DNA from: Pyrodictium abyssi
Lineage (GTDB): Archaea; Thermoproteota; Thermoprotei_A; Sulfolobales; Pyrodictiaceae
Length of the DNA: 32,000 nt
NCBI RefSeq assembly: GCF_036323395.1
Contig: NZ_AP028907.1
Coordinates: forward strand, 1,050,001 to 1,082,000
Reading direction: 5' to 3'
How positions within the stretch are numbered: position 1 is the first letter of the stretch; every line of letters starts with the position of its first letter. The notes beneath the pieces were generated by a model that worked only from the letters and a program-made list of their open reading frames with translations, made no database searches and was not told the origin of the DNA. This document shows, one piece after another, positions 31,955-32,000 of the stretch. The translations under genes were made by a program, and so were the position numbers.

Positions 31955-32000
31955 CACCCCGGCTCCACGGGCCCCGGAGGGACCCGCGACGAGCGCTAGA

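Noticed and set aside
1-32000. Search for CRISPR arrays, tRNA/rRNA genes, transposases, integrases and long tandem repeats
   Set aside because: I found no regularly spaced direct repeats, no cloverleaf-like GC-rich 75-nt segments in the intergenic regions, and no DDE or tyrosine-recombinase-like ORFs. The only exact repeat noted is the 16-mer reported in the findings. A by-eye scan cannot exclude short or degenerate elements.

Overview
This is a visibly GC-rich archaeal chromosomal segment (exact GC not computed). Several signals point to a hyperthermophilic crenarchaeon of the Desulfurococcales/Acidilobales type: codon usage (AUA Ile, AGG Arg, CUA Leu), frequent GTG/TTG starts, GGAGG-type RBSs, 4-nt GTGA start/stop overlaps, and a cdvA gene at the right edge. 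The species cannot be determined by eye. There are about 32 protein-coding genes. I found no rRNA, tRNA, CRISPR array, transposase or integrase. Layout, left to right: (i) 1-3697 is a minus-strand, translationally coupled four-gene operon of unknown function built around a YdjI/COG4260-type SPFH + Zn-ribbon protein; this is my best candidate for an undescribed system. (ii) 3.9-6.0 kb is an accessory islet with a small wHTH protein, a GNAT acetyltransferase and a HEPN-MNT pair; the last three genes each look interrupted by a single frameshift. (iii) 6.0-11.5 kb holds a branched-chain amino-acid ABC transporter (livJ, a 420-nt spacer, then livG-F-H-M). (iv) Next come an HtpX-like M48 protease, an MFS transporter, tatC and tatA. 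(v) 16.1-20.0 kb holds a V4R-domain protein, the small and large subunits of a cytoplasmic group-3 (Mvh-like) [NiFe]-hydrogenase, and a 2x[4Fe-4S] ferredoxin. (vi) An SF2 DECH helicase sits next to a divergent endonuclease-IV-like TIM-barrel protein. (vii) Then an EamA transporter, a class II aldolase and a small Zn-ribbon protein. (viii) A Cys-rich HTH regulator is divergent from a quinol-type nitric-oxide reductase (qNOR). (ix) thiL, an IMPase-family gene and a DUF2797-like Cys/His protein follow. (x) cdvA closes the window. All functional calls come from by-eye motif recognition on the supplied translations and my own translations, not from database searches.
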